64,000 bases of DNA from Candidatus Nanopelagicales bacterium (lineage in GTDB: Bacteria > Actinomycetota > Actinomycetes > S36-B12 > JAWKJK01): NCBI GenBank assembly GCA_041393815.1, contig JAWKJK010000006.1, positions 103,858 to 167,857 on the forward strand, written 5' to 3'. The translations under genes and the position numbers were made by a program. This document shows positions 10,499-19,230 of this stretch, piece after piece. Position 1 is the first letter of the stretch. Every line of letters begins with the position of its first letter. The notes beneath the pieces were generated by a model. That model saw only the letters and a program-made list of their open reading frames with translations. It had not been told where the DNA came from and did no database searches.

Positions 10499-11064
10499 CT
10501 GCCTCGACCCTCGTCGACTTCGACCTGCACACCGGCCTGTCCGCCACCAAGGAACCCCTGCGGCGCAGGCTCTCGGCGATGGCGGACATGTACGCCGACC
10601 AGGACGCCGTGCAGCGCCAGCTCGCCGAGGACGACGTCCTCGTCTACGAGTTCTTCGACATGGGCGTCCCCGAGACCTCCGGAGACGTTGCCTACGGCAC
10701 GAGCATCACCCACCCCGGGAAGGTGGGCGACGAGTACTTCATGACCAAGGGCCACTTCCACACGGTGCTCGACACCGCCGAGGTCTACTACTGCCTGCGC
10801 GGCCACGGCTACATGGTGATGGAGAGCCCGGAGGGCGAATGGGAGGCACAGGAGCTCACGCCCGGGACGGCGGTCTACGTCCCCGGCCGCTACGCCCACC
10901 GCAGCGTCAACGTGTCCGCGACCGAGCCGCTCATCACGTTCTTCGCCTTCCCCGGCCACGCCGGCCACGACTACGGGACCATCGAGACGCAGGGCTTCCG
11001 CAAGCTTGTCGTCGAACGCGACGGCGCGCCCGCCTTCGTCGACAACCCGCGATGGAAGCAGTGA
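10495..11064 (+). CDS. Cupin-type (archaeal-like) glucose-6-phosphate isomerase family protein
   Basis: GKVGDEYFMTKGHFH, EVYYCLRG, YAHRSVN, GHDYGTI motifs. Confidence 0.85.
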   Translation: MTASTLVDFDLHTGLSATKEPLRRRLSAMADMYADQDAVQRQLAEDDVLVYEFFDMGVPETSGDVAYGTSITHPGKVGDEYFMTKGHFHTVLDTAEVYYCLRGHGYMVMESPEGEWEAQELTPGTAVYVPGRYAHRSVNVSATEPLITFFAFPGHAGHDYGTIETQGFRKLVVERDGAPAFVDNPRWKQ

Positions 11065-11990
11065 CCGGACGCATCGCGGTCACACCGCGCTCCCTGTCGA
11101 CCGGAGGCCACCCGGCCCTGCAGCCGCTGGTCGAGCGGGGCTACGAGGTCGTGTTCCCGGCGCCGGGCCGACAGCCGACGAGGGCCGAGCAGGACGCGGT
11201 GCTGCCGGGGTGCGTGGGCTACCTGGCAGGGGTGGAACCGGTGCCGGGGGAGTTGCTGCGCGCCTGCCCGGAGCTGCGGGTCGTGAGCCGGAACGGCGTC
11301 GGCGTGGACAACGTCGACACCGTGACGGCTGCGGAACTCGGGATCGCCGTCGAGCGGGCGGAGGGCGCGAACGCCGAAGGCGTGGCGGAGCTGGCCATGG
11401 CCCTGATCCTGGCGTGCATCCGGTCCGTCCCCATGTCGGACGCCGCCCTGAAGGCGGGGAACTGGGAGCGCCGCCGCGGCGTGGAGCTGCGAGGCCGAAC
11501 TCTCGGGGTCGTAGGGACCGGTCAGATCGGCAGGCGGGTGGCCGAGCTCGGACTCGGGTTCGGCATGAGGGTGCTGGCCCACGACCTCGCGCCATCCCCC
11601 GAACTGGCTGCGCGGGACGAGGTGGAGTACGCCGATCTCGAGGCCGTCGTGTCCGGCTCCGACGTGGTGTCGCTGCACTGTCCACCGGGGGAGTCCCCGA
11701 TCATCGACGCAGTGGCGCTCGCCGGGTTCCGCCGCGGCAGCTACCTGGTCAACACCGCGCGCGCCGGGCTCGTGGATGAGGCCGCCGTGGAGGCCGCCCT
11801 GGATGCGGGGATCCTGGCCGGCTTCGCGACCGACGTGTTCGCCGCCGAACCGCCCGCGCGACTCTCGCTGCTGGCCCGTCCCGACGTCGTGGCGACACCG
11901 CACGTCGGTGGCTTCACCGACGAGAGCGTCGAGCGCGCGACCCGGTCCGCGGTGGAGGGCATCCTCCGCGTGCTGGACTCCGCGGGCTGA
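11061..11990 (+). CDS. D-isomer-specific 2-hydroxyacid dehydrogenase (SerA-like, no ACT domain)
   Basis: RNGVGVDNVD, GVVGTGQIG, LVNTARAGLVD, ATDVF-x2-EP, TPHVGG. Confidence 0.88.
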   Translation: MTGRIAVTPRSLSTGGHPALQPLVERGYEVVFPAPGRQPTRAEQDAVLPGCVGYLAGVEPVPGELLRACPELRVVSRNGVGVDNVDTVTAAELGIAVERAEGANAEGVAELAMALILACIRSVPMSDAALKAGNWERRRGVELRGRTLGVVGTGQIGRRVAELGLGFGMRVLAHDLAPSPELAARDEVEYADLEAVVSGSDVVSLHCPPGESPIIDAVALAGFRRGSYLVNTARAGLVDEAAVEAALDAGILAGFATDVFAAEPPARLSLLARPDVVATPHVGGFTDESVERATRSAVEGILRVLDSAG

Positions 11991-12007
11991 CGGGCGGGTC
12001 GTTCGCC

Positions 12008-12907
12008 GTGACCACGCGGGTAGGGGAAGGCGGTGCAGCACTACGGGTCGTCGCCACCAAGCTCCCGTACCTGGCCCCTGCCCTGCGGCAGGTGGGGGAG
12101 TACGTGCTGGAGGACCCGGGTCGCGCGCAGCACCTGACCATCACGGAACTGGCGGCTGCCTGCGGAGTCGCCGAGTCGACCGTGTCCCGCTTCGTACGCG
12201 AGGTGGGTCTCGCTCGCTACCAGGACCTGCGGATCGGTGCGGCCGAGACGGCCGTGCTCAACAGGCAGTCGTCCGCCGGCTCTCCCGAACCGTCGGTGTA
12301 CGCCGGCGTGGCGCCGGACGACTCCCTGGGGGAGATCGCCACGAAGATCTCCGCCAGCAGTGAGCAGGCGCTGCGGCAGACCGCCAGCCTGCTGAACCTC
12401 GACGCACTCGACCGGGCGGTCTCCCTGATCGAGGCGAGCGACGTCGTCATGTTCGCCTGCATGGGGTCGTCCAGCCTGGCCGCCGAGGACGGGGTCATGC
12501 GGCTGACCCGGGCGGGCAAGAAGTGCATGCTCTTCCGGGACCAGAGCATCCAGGTGATGAGTGCCACCATCCTCGGACCCGACGATCTCGTGATCGGCAT
12601 CAGCGACTCGGGTGAGTCGCTGCCGGTCATCGACGCCCTGCGACTGGCCCGTCGGCACGGTGCGAGCACCATCGCGATCACTGCGGGGGACGGCTCGTCG
12701 GTGATCGATCAGGCTGATGTCACGCTGTTCACCGCGCGTGGAACGTCCGTCGGCGAGCTGTACGGGGAGACGGTCACGTCGAAGTGGGGACAGGTCCTTG
12801 TCATGGACATGCTCTACGCCGCGTTCGCTGCCCGCACCTACGACCGCACCATGGCGCATCTGAAGGAGACCTACTCGGCCGGTATCCGGCACTCGAGGGC
12901 GCGTTGA
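12008..12907 (+). CDS. MurR/RpiR family transcriptional regulator
   Basis: N-terminal HTH (TITELAAACGVAESTVSRF), C-terminal SIS domain (IGISDSGES). Confidence 0.9.
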   Translation: MTTRVGEGGAALRVVATKLPYLAPALRQVGEYVLEDPGRAQHLTITELAAACGVAESTVSRFVREVGLARYQDLRIGAAETAVLNRQSSAGSPEPSVYAGVAPDDSLGEIATKISASSEQALRQTASLLNLDALDRAVSLIEASDVVMFACMGSSSLAAEDGVMRLTRAGKKCMLFRDQSIQVMSATILGPDDLVIGISDSGESLPVIDALRLARRHGASTIAITAGDGSSVIDQADVTLFTARGTSVGELYGETVTSKWGQVLVMDMLYAAFAARTYDRTMAHLKETYSAGIRHSRAR

Positions 12908-12924
12908 CCGGCTTCTCCTGGCAG

Positions 12925-13596
12925 ATGCGGAGGGCCCGACGACGTGCGGTGGCCGTCGTGTTCGACCTCGACGGCACGCTGGCGGACAGCGAGCACCTGT
13001 CCGGCGCCGCGTGGGATCGAGTGCTCGCTGGGTACGACGTCGTGCGGACGGGCGAGGACGACCGGGCGGTCACGGGACTGTCCTTCGCGGCGACACGAGA
13101 CCACTTCGCCCAGCGGACCGGGACTCTGCCTAGTGCTGCTCAGTTGTGGCCCCAGTACTCGGACCACTTGCTGGCATCCCTGCGCAAGGGTGTACAGCCG
13201 TTTCCCGACGCCGTCGCGCTTCTCCTGTCGCTGACGAAGCGCCGCATCCCGGTCGCCCTCGCCAGCTCCAGCCCGCGATCGAGGGTGACGGCGACCCTCC
13301 AAGGGATGGGCCTGTCGGCGCTGGAGCCGAGGTCCGTCGCCGGCGACGAGGTGCCCCTGGCCAAGCCAGCGCCCGACGGCTTCCTGGCGGCGGCGCGGCT
13401 GCTCGGCGTTCCGGCGTACGAGTGCATCGCGGTCGAGGACAGCACTCCCGGAGTTATCGCCGCCCGGGCGGCCGGGATGGCCGTCGTGGCGGTGAGGCGT
13501 GCGCCGTGGGCGGACCTGAGCGACGCGACGGAGGTGGTCGACGCCCTCACGCCGACGACGCTGGATCCCTACCTCCGGAACCCCGGGCAGGCATGA
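12925..13596 (+). CDS. HAD-IA family sugar phosphatase; start uncertain (12904/12925/12949)
   Basis: FDLDGT motif I, LASSS motif II, KPAPD, VEDS-x2-G motif IV. Confidence 0.85.
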   Translation: MRRARRRAVAVVFDLDGTLADSEHLSGAAWDRVLAGYDVVRTGEDDRAVTGLSFAATRDHFAQRTGTLPSAAQLWPQYSDHLLASLRKGVQPFPDAVALLLSLTKRRIPVALASSSPRSRVTATLQGMGLSALEPRSVAGDEVPLAKPAPDGFLAAARLLGVPAYECIAVEDSTPGVIAARAAGMAVVAVRRAPWADLSDATEVVDALTPTTLDPYLRNPGQA

Positions 13597-13652
13597 CACC
13601 CCCTGCCCGGGGGAGAGCCCACGATCCACGTTCGGGCTGGCGCGGCCCCGGT

Positions 13653-13723
13653 GCAAATGTGAGTCGAACGGTTGCTTCCGGGGCGGGCGAGCACGGGGTA
13701 GCGACCCGTCGGCTCACATCTGC
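13653..13723. repeat. Long imperfect inverted repeat (hairpin)
   Basis: GCAAATGTGAGTCGA at 13653 pairs 13/15 with TCGGCTCACATCTGC ending at 13723; further pairing inward. Confidence 0.7.
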
Positions 13724-13737
13724 GCAGAATCTCAGAG

Positions 13738-13769
13738 CGGAGTTGATCTTCCGCGGAAGATCAACTCCG
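13738..13769. repeat. Perfect 32-bp palindrome, probable terminator or REP-like element downstream of tRNA-His
   Basis: CGGAGTTGATCTTCCG|CGGAAGATCAACTCCG, extended by CAGAGC/GCTCTG across a bulge. Confidence 0.8.
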
Positions 13770-13783
13770 GCGCTCTGGACGCG

Positions 13784-13860
13784 TGGGGTGAGTGACGGGA
13801 CTCGAACCCGCGGCCACCTGGACCACAACCAGGTGCTCTACCAGCTGAGCTACACCCACC
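13784..13860 (-). tRNA. tRNA-His (GUG), with G-1 and encoded CCA
   Basis: Minus strand GGTGGGTGTAGCTCAGCTGGTAGAGCACCTGGTTGTGGTCCAGGTGGCCGCGGGTTCGAGTCCCGTCACTCACCCCA; anticodon stem CCTGG/CCAGG around GTG; C73 discriminator. Confidence 0.97.
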
Positions 13861-13948
13861 AAGGTGCCGCGGGATCGCCGCGGCCGCAGCAGTGTACCCG
13901 CGCGCGGGCCCACCTCCGAACCGGCGGAGGGCGGGCCGGGGCCAGGGA

Positions 13949-14578
13949 CTACTGCGCCTCGGTCCCGTGGTCGACGACGTGGCCGGCGGCGAGGGTGCGG
14001 GCGGTCGACGAGTCCGGCCCGGGCTGGGGGAGCAGGACGGCGTCGCGGTAGTAGCGCAGCTCGGCGATGGACTCGCGGATGTCGGCCAGCGCGCGGTGGT
14101 TGCCGGTCTTGGGCGGGGCCGCGAAGTAGACCCGCGGGTACCAGCGGCGGACCAGCTCCTTCACCGACGACACGTCCACCAGCCGGTAGTGCAGGTGCGC
14201 GTCCAGCTCCTGCATGTCCCGGGCCAGGAAGCCGCGGTCGACGTACACCGACGAGCCCGCCAGCGGAGCCCGCCGCGCCTCGGGGACGTGCCCCCGGACG
14301 TAGTCCAGGACGATCCGCTCGGCGTCGGCCAGCGGGATGCCGCCGGGGATGTCCTCCAGCAGGCCGGAGGACGTGTGCATCTCGCGTACGACGTCCGGCA
14401 TGCCGGCCATGGCGGCCTCGTCCGCGGGCCTGATGACGACGGACACGCCCGCGTCGAGCTCGGTCAGGTCGGCCTCGGTCACGATGCAGGCGATCTCCAC
14501 GAGCGCGTCGGACGACAGGTCCAGACCCGTCATCTCGCAGTCGATCCAGACCAGCCGGTCCTGGGAGCGGTCCGCCAT
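13949..14578 (-). CDS. orn: Oligoribonuclease
   Basis: LVWIDCEMTGL, LAGSSVYVDRGF, HYRLVDVSS, HRALADIRES; adjacent to tRNA-His. Confidence 0.95.
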   Translation of the reverse strand: MADRSQDRLVWIDCEMTGLDLSSDALVEIACIVTEADLTELDAGVSVVIRPADEAAMAGMPDVVREMHTSSGLLEDIPGGIPLADAERIVLDYVRGHVPEARRAPLAGSSVYVDRGFLARDMQELDAHLHYRLVDVSSVKELVRRWYPRVYFAAPPKTGNHRALADIRESIAELRYYRDAVLLPQPGPDSSTARTLAAGHVVDHGTEAQ

Positions 14579-14599
14579 GGGGCGAACCCTATGCGTCGG

Positions 14600-15067
14600 C
14601 TACCCGTCGGATGCGGCCAGCCACCGCACCAGGTCGATGCAGGTGAGCAATCCCACCAGCCGGCCCGCGTCGTCCAGCACCGGAGCGGCCTCTGCGCCGT
14701 ACCCGGCGAGCGTCCGGGCGGCGTCCTCCGGGGACGTGTCCGGGTGCACCGACACCAGCGGCCCGCGCAGCAGCAGTTCGCCGACGCGCCGGTGCTCGAG
14801 GTGCTCCGGGGTGAGCGGGAGCTCGGCCAGCAGGCCGCGGTCGGAGACCATCCCCAGCGGCGCGCCCTCGGGGTCGGTGACCACGAGGTGGTGCAGGCCG
14901 GAGACGAACATCAACTGCCAGGCGTCCCACAGCGTCTCGTCGGTGGACACCGTGAGCACGTGCGGGGACATCAGGGTCCGCACGGTGGGCCGGGCCGGCG
15001 CGACCCGGCGCGCGCGTGGCGTGGCCGGGTCGGCGGCGCGGTCCCCGGCGCCGGGCTCCGCGGTCAC
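14600..15067 (-). CDS. CBS-domain protein
   Basis: Tandem CBS pair (LMSPHVLTVSTDETL..., GMVSDR, APVLDDAGRLVGLLT). Confidence 0.8.
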   Translation of the reverse strand: MTAEPGAGDRAADPATPRARRVAPARPTVRTLMSPHVLTVSTDETLWDAWQLMFVSGLHHLVVTDPEGAPLGMVSDRGLLAELPLTPEHLEHRRVGELLLRGPLVSVHPDTSPEDAARTLAGYGAEAAPVLDDAGRLVGLLTCIDLVRWLAASDG

Positions 15068-15993
15068 GTGTCGTCCTCCCCGACGTGCGCCGGGCGGACG
15101 ACGGCCACCGGGCAGTCGACCTTGTGGATCACGGCGTGGCTCACCGAGCCCAGCAGCGCGCTGAGGAACTCCCCGCGCCCGTGCGACCCCACGACGACCA
15201 ACGAGGCGTCCGCCGCGGCGTCGACCAGGATCTTGGCGGCGGGGCCCTCGACGACACGCTGCTCGACCTCGACGTCGGGGTACGACTCGCGGTAGCCGGC
15301 CATCGACTCCGCCGTGAGCCGCAGCTCGTCGTCCTCCACCTCGGTGAGGGCGTCGATGGGTACGGCTCCCGGCATGGCCAGGGTGTCGTACGGCGGGACC
15401 TGCCAGGCGTGCACCGCCAGCAGCGGCAGCCCGTGCCGGCTGGCGTAGTCGAACCCGAAGCCCAGGGCCGCGCGGGCCAGCTCGGAGCCGTCGACGCCGA
15501 CGAGGACGGGGCCGTCGGGCTTCTCGGGGACCCCGCGCACGATGACGACGGGGCAGTCGGCGTGGGTCGCGGTCTGCACGCCCACCGAGCCCAGGATCAG
15601 GCCGCGGAAGCCGCCGTGACCCCGGCTGCCCACGACGACCAGGTCGGCGTCGCGGCTGGCCTCGAGCAGGACCGCGGTGGGGGATCCCACCTGCACCAAT
15701 GCCTCGACCTCCACGCCGGGGGTCCGCTCAGCCGCCTCCTGCGCCGCCTGCTGCAGGACCTCGCCCGCCGCGGACTGCAGGTCGTCGACGGCGCCGAGGT
15801 CCACGGGGACGGCGTAGCCGAGCGCGGACGTCGGTGTCGGGGGCATCACCGCGTGCAGGAGCACGACGGGCACTCGCCGAAGGGCTGCCTCGGCCATCCC
15901 CCAGTCGAGGGCGGCCTGCGCGGGTGCCGAGCCGTCGTAGCCGACGACGAGGGCGCCGGCCGGGTTGGCCGCCGGGTCCGTGGTCTCGGTCAT
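15064..15993 (-). CDS. Universal stress protein (tandem USP domains)
   Basis: LVVGYDGS and VLVGVDGS domain starts; two VVVGS(R/H)G-x-G motifs. Confidence 0.92.
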   Translation of the reverse strand: MTETTDPAANPAGALVVGYDGSAPAQAALDWGMAEAALRRVPVVLLHAVMPPTPTSALGYAVPVDLGAVDDLQSAAGEVLQQAAQEAAERTPGVEVEALVQVGSPTAVLLEASRDADLVVVGSRGHGGFRGLILGSVGVQTATHADCPVVIVRGVPEKPDGPVLVGVDGSELARAALGFGFDYASRHGLPLLAVHAWQVPPYDTLAMPGAVPIDALTEVEDDELRLTAESMAGYRESYPDVEVEQRVVEGPAAKILVDAAADASLVVVGSHGRGEFLSALLGSVSHAVIHKVDCPVAVVRPAHVGEDDT

Positions 15994-16187
15994 GGTCCCC
16001 GTGCTCCTCCCGTGCGGTCAGCCCGGTGCCGGTCGGGCCCGGGGCGACGCTTCATCGCGGCCCGGGTGTGCCGGGTCGCATCGGACGAGCCTCACCGCCG
16101 CACTCCGCGCCCAGGCAGGGCACCAGGACCCGTGCCGCCGGGACCAACGGCCCGAAACATGCGCGACCCGGTGGCTAGCCTTCGACC

Positions 16188-17375
16188 GTGGGGTCGTACG
16201 CCGTCGCGCTGCGGCTCCCGGGGGCCCGACCGCTGTTCGCGGCCGGCATGGCGGCGCGGATCGGGTTCGGTGCGCTCACCCTGCCCGCGCTGCTCGTCCT
16301 CGCCGAGCGCTACGACGGGTTCACCGTGGCCGGGATCGCGCTGGCCGGCTTCGGCCTCACCTCCGGCCTGCTGGCCCCGCTGCGCGGCCGGGTGATCGAC
16401 CACCGTGGCCGGGTCGCCCTGGTGGTCCTGACGGTCGCCTTCGTGGCGCTGCTGGCGCCGGCCCCGTGGCTGCCGTCGTCGATGCCGTGGCTGGTGGTGG
16501 CGGTGGCGACCCTGGCCGGTGCGGTGGCCCCGCCGGCGGCGGCGGTGACCCGGCGCGGCTGGACCGCGCTGCTGGGGGACTCGCCGGACCCGGTCCGGAC
16601 CGCGGCGTTCAGCGTCGACTCGGTCGGCGAGGAGTCGGCGTACGTCGCCGGGCCGGCCCTGGCCGCGCTCGGCATCGCCGTGGTGGGCCGGGAGGCCGCC
16701 TTCCTGGCCGCCGTCGGCCTGGTGGCGACGGGGTCGCTGATCCTGGCCGGCCGGACCCTGGGGCGGCGACGCCCTGACGAGACCCGTACGCGTCCGGTGC
16801 CGCTGGCCGGACCGGCTCGCGCGACCGTGGTGCGCGCGGCTCTGTCGGTGACCGGGCTCGGCGCGGTCATCGGCCTGGTCGACACGGCGGTCCCGGCCCT
16901 GACGTCCGCCGCCGGGGCGGCGGCCCTCGGCGGAGTCCTGCTCGCGGTCTACACGCTGGGGAGCGTCATCGGGGTACTCGTCGCGGGGCGGATCCCGGCG
17001 GCGGACCCGGACCGGCGCCGCGTGCTGCTCGGCCTGGTGCAGGTGGTGGCGCTGCTACCGCTGCTCGTGGTCAGGGAGCCGCTGCCGCTGGCGATCGCAC
17101 TGGTCGTGGCGGGCCTGCCGCTGGGCCCGTTGTTCGTGACCTGCTTCCTCTTGGTGGACCGGGACGTGCCACTGGCGGCGGCCACGCAGGCGTACGCCTG
17201 GGTGACCACGGCCGGCAACGCGTTCGGCGCGCTGGCGATGGCGCTCGCGGGGGTGCTGGTGGACCGGGTCGGCGCCGGCGCGGTCCTCATGCTCACGCCG
17301 CTCGCCGCCGCGTTGAGCGGGATCCCCGCCGCGCTGTGGACCCGCACCGGACGGGGAGCACCCCGTCAGGCCTGA
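16188..17375 (+). CDS. MFS transporter
   Basis: About 12 hydrophobic segments; GRVIDHRGR motif A. Confidence 0.8.
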   Translation: MGSYAVALRLPGARPLFAAGMAARIGFGALTLPALLVLAERYDGFTVAGIALAGFGLTSGLLAPLRGRVIDHRGRVALVVLTVAFVALLAPAPWLPSSMPWLVVAVATLAGAVAPPAAAVTRRGWTALLGDSPDPVRTAAFSVDSVGEESAYVAGPALAALGIAVVGREAAFLAAVGLVATGSLILAGRTLGRRRPDETRTRPVPLAGPARATVVRAALSVTGLGAVIGLVDTAVPALTSAAGAAALGGVLLAVYTLGSVIGVLVAGRIPAADPDRRRVLLGLVQVVALLPLLVVREPLPLAIALVVAGLPLGPLFVTCFLLVDRDVPLAAATQAYAWVTTAGNAFGALAMALAGVLVDRVGAGAVLMLTPLAAALSGIPAALWTRTGRGAPRQA

Positions 17376-18247
17376 GCCACCACGTGCGCCACGGCGTCGG
17401 CGACGGCGACGGGTGCCAACTCGGGGATCCAGTGACCGACGCCGGGCAGCACGTCGAGGCGGAACGGGGCGTCGACGTACCGCGGCGTCCGGTCGACTCC
17501 GGCGCGGGTGATGGCCACGTCGGCGTCGCTCCACAGCAGCGCAGTCGGGACGCGGACCGATCCGCCGCCCTCCCCGGGTCGCTGCAGAGGCAGCGCCCGG
17601 TACCACCCGAGCGCGGCGGTGAACGCCCCCGGCGTCGACAGGAAGTCGGCGTCCCGCTCGGCGCGCGCCGGATCCAGCCCGGTGTCGACGAGCATCCGGA
17701 CGAGGCGCCGTCGGCCGGACGGGTGCGCCGGGTCCAGCGCGCGCTCGGCCAGCCCGGGGAGCTGGAAGGCGCCCATGTACCAGGAGTGCCAGGCCTGCGA
17801 GGACGTGAGCGCGGCGGTGACGAAGGCCCGCGGGTGCGGGATCGACACCGACACCAGGCTGCGGACGAGGTCCGGTCGGCTCTGGGCGGTCGCCCAGGCG
17901 ACCGCGGCACCCCAGTCGTGGCCGACCAGGTGGACGCCCCGGTCGACGCCGCCTCCGGTGCGGCTGGCAGCGACGACTGCGGCCACGTCGTCAACGAGCT
18001 CGGCCATCCGGTAGTCGCGGCGTCGGGTGGGCCGGGCGCCGGGGGAGTACCCGCGCTGATCCGGGGCCAGGGTGCGCAGGCCGAGCCGGTGCAGCCGCGG
18101 GGCCACCTCGTCCCATGCCGCGGAGTGCTGCGGGAACCCGTGCAGCAGAACGGCGATCGGGCCGTCGAGCGGCCCTTCGTCGCGTACGTCGAGCACGAGT
18201 CCCGACCGCGCCACCCGGGAGATGCGTGCGGGATCCGCAGCGGTCAC
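17366..18247 (-). CDS. Alpha/beta-fold hydrolase (epoxide hydrolase-like)
   Basis: LLHGFPQ, APDQRGYS, VGHDWGA nucleophile elbow, GHWIPE. Confidence 0.88.
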   Translation of the reverse strand: MTAADPARISRVARSGLVLDVRDEGPLDGPIAVLLHGFPQHSAAWDEVAPRLHRLGLRTLAPDQRGYSPGARPTRRRDYRMAELVDDVAAVVAASRTGGGVDRGVHLVGHDWGAAVAWATAQSRPDLVRSLVSVSIPHPRAFVTAALTSSQAWHSWYMGAFQLPGLAERALDPAHPSGRRRLVRMLVDTGLDPARAERDADFLSTPGAFTAALGWYRALPLQRPGEGGGSVRVPTALLWSDADVAITRAGVDRTPRYVDAPFRLDVLPGVGHWIPELAPVAVADAVAHVVAQA

Positions 18248-19230
18248 TCGTCCGCCAGCCCGCGGGCTGCCTCGGCCAGCGCCGTGTCGTCCACGCCCGC
18301 ATCCCGCAGTGTCAGCAGTGCCGCGCCCAGCACGGGGGACCGCTGCACGACCGTGGGCACCGCGTGCGGCGCGAGGGTGATCAGGGTCCGGCGCACGGCC
18401 GCCATCAGCCGGGCGTCCCCGGAGGCGAGGATGCCGCCGCCGAGCACGACCGGGACGCGCCGGGTGGTCAGTCCCAGCCGGCCGAGCAGGGCGCCGGCGA
18501 GCAGGGCTACCTCGTGGCCCTGCCGCTCGACCAGGCTGCGGGCCACCCGGTCGCCGGCGGAGGCCAGGGCGAACACGTCCGGGATCCGGTCCCACCACGT
18601 CTCCACCGACAGTCGCCCGAGGTGCACGTCCACGGAGACGTCATGGACCGAGTCCCGTCCGGTCCATTCCAGCAGCGCCTGCCGCAGCGTCGTCTCCGGT
18701 CCGCGACCGTCCTCGGCCCGGGCGGCGTGCCACAGCACCGCGTCCGCCAGACCGCTCCCGCCGCCCCAGTCGCCCGACACGCGCCCCAGCGACAGCACGC
18801 GCTCGCGGGCTCCGTCCGCGCGCACCGCGGCGGCGTTGATCCCCGTACCGCAGACCACGACCGCGGCGTCGGCGGCGTCGGTCCCGGTGCGCAGCAGGGC
18901 GAACACGTCGTTGTCCACGGTCAGGCGCTCGCGGGCCCACTCGGTGCGGGCCAGGGCGGCGGTCAGGTCTGCGGTCTCCTCCTCCAGGTCGACCGCCGTG
19001 AGGTAGCAGCCCGCCACGGCCACGTCGCGGGGCGTGCGCGCGGTCGAGCCCAAGGCCCGCGACACCGTCTCGTCGAGGACCTGCACGGCCACCTCGATGC
19101 CGAGCTGGTGGTGGGAGCAGCCCGGTCCGCGGGCGCGGCCGAGCACGTAGCCGGACGGCAGGTCGAGGACGACCACGTCGGTCTTGCTCGCGCCCCCGTC
19201 GACGGCGAGGGCCACCCGGGCGGTGCTCAT
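18244..19230 (-). CDS. BadF/BadG/BcrA/BcrD-type sugar kinase (N-acetylglucosamine kinase-like)
   Basis: VDGGASKT, VDND, VCGTG, GDWGGG, VLGGG. Confidence 0.85.
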   Translation of the reverse strand: MSTARVALAVDGGASKTDVVVLDLPSGYVLGRARGPGCSHHQLGIEVAVQVLDETVSRALGSTARTPRDVAVAGCYLTAVDLEEETADLTAALARTEWARERLTVDNDVFALLRTGTDAADAAVVVCGTGINAAAVRADGARERVLSLGRVSGDWGGGSGLADAVLWHAARAEDGRGPETTLRQALLEWTGRDSVHDVSVDVHLGRLSVETWWDRIPDVFALASAGDRVARSLVERQGHEVALLAGALLGRLGLTTRRVPVVLGGGILASGDARLMAAVRRTLITLAPHAVPTVVQRSPVLGAALLTLRDAGVDDTALAEAARGLADE

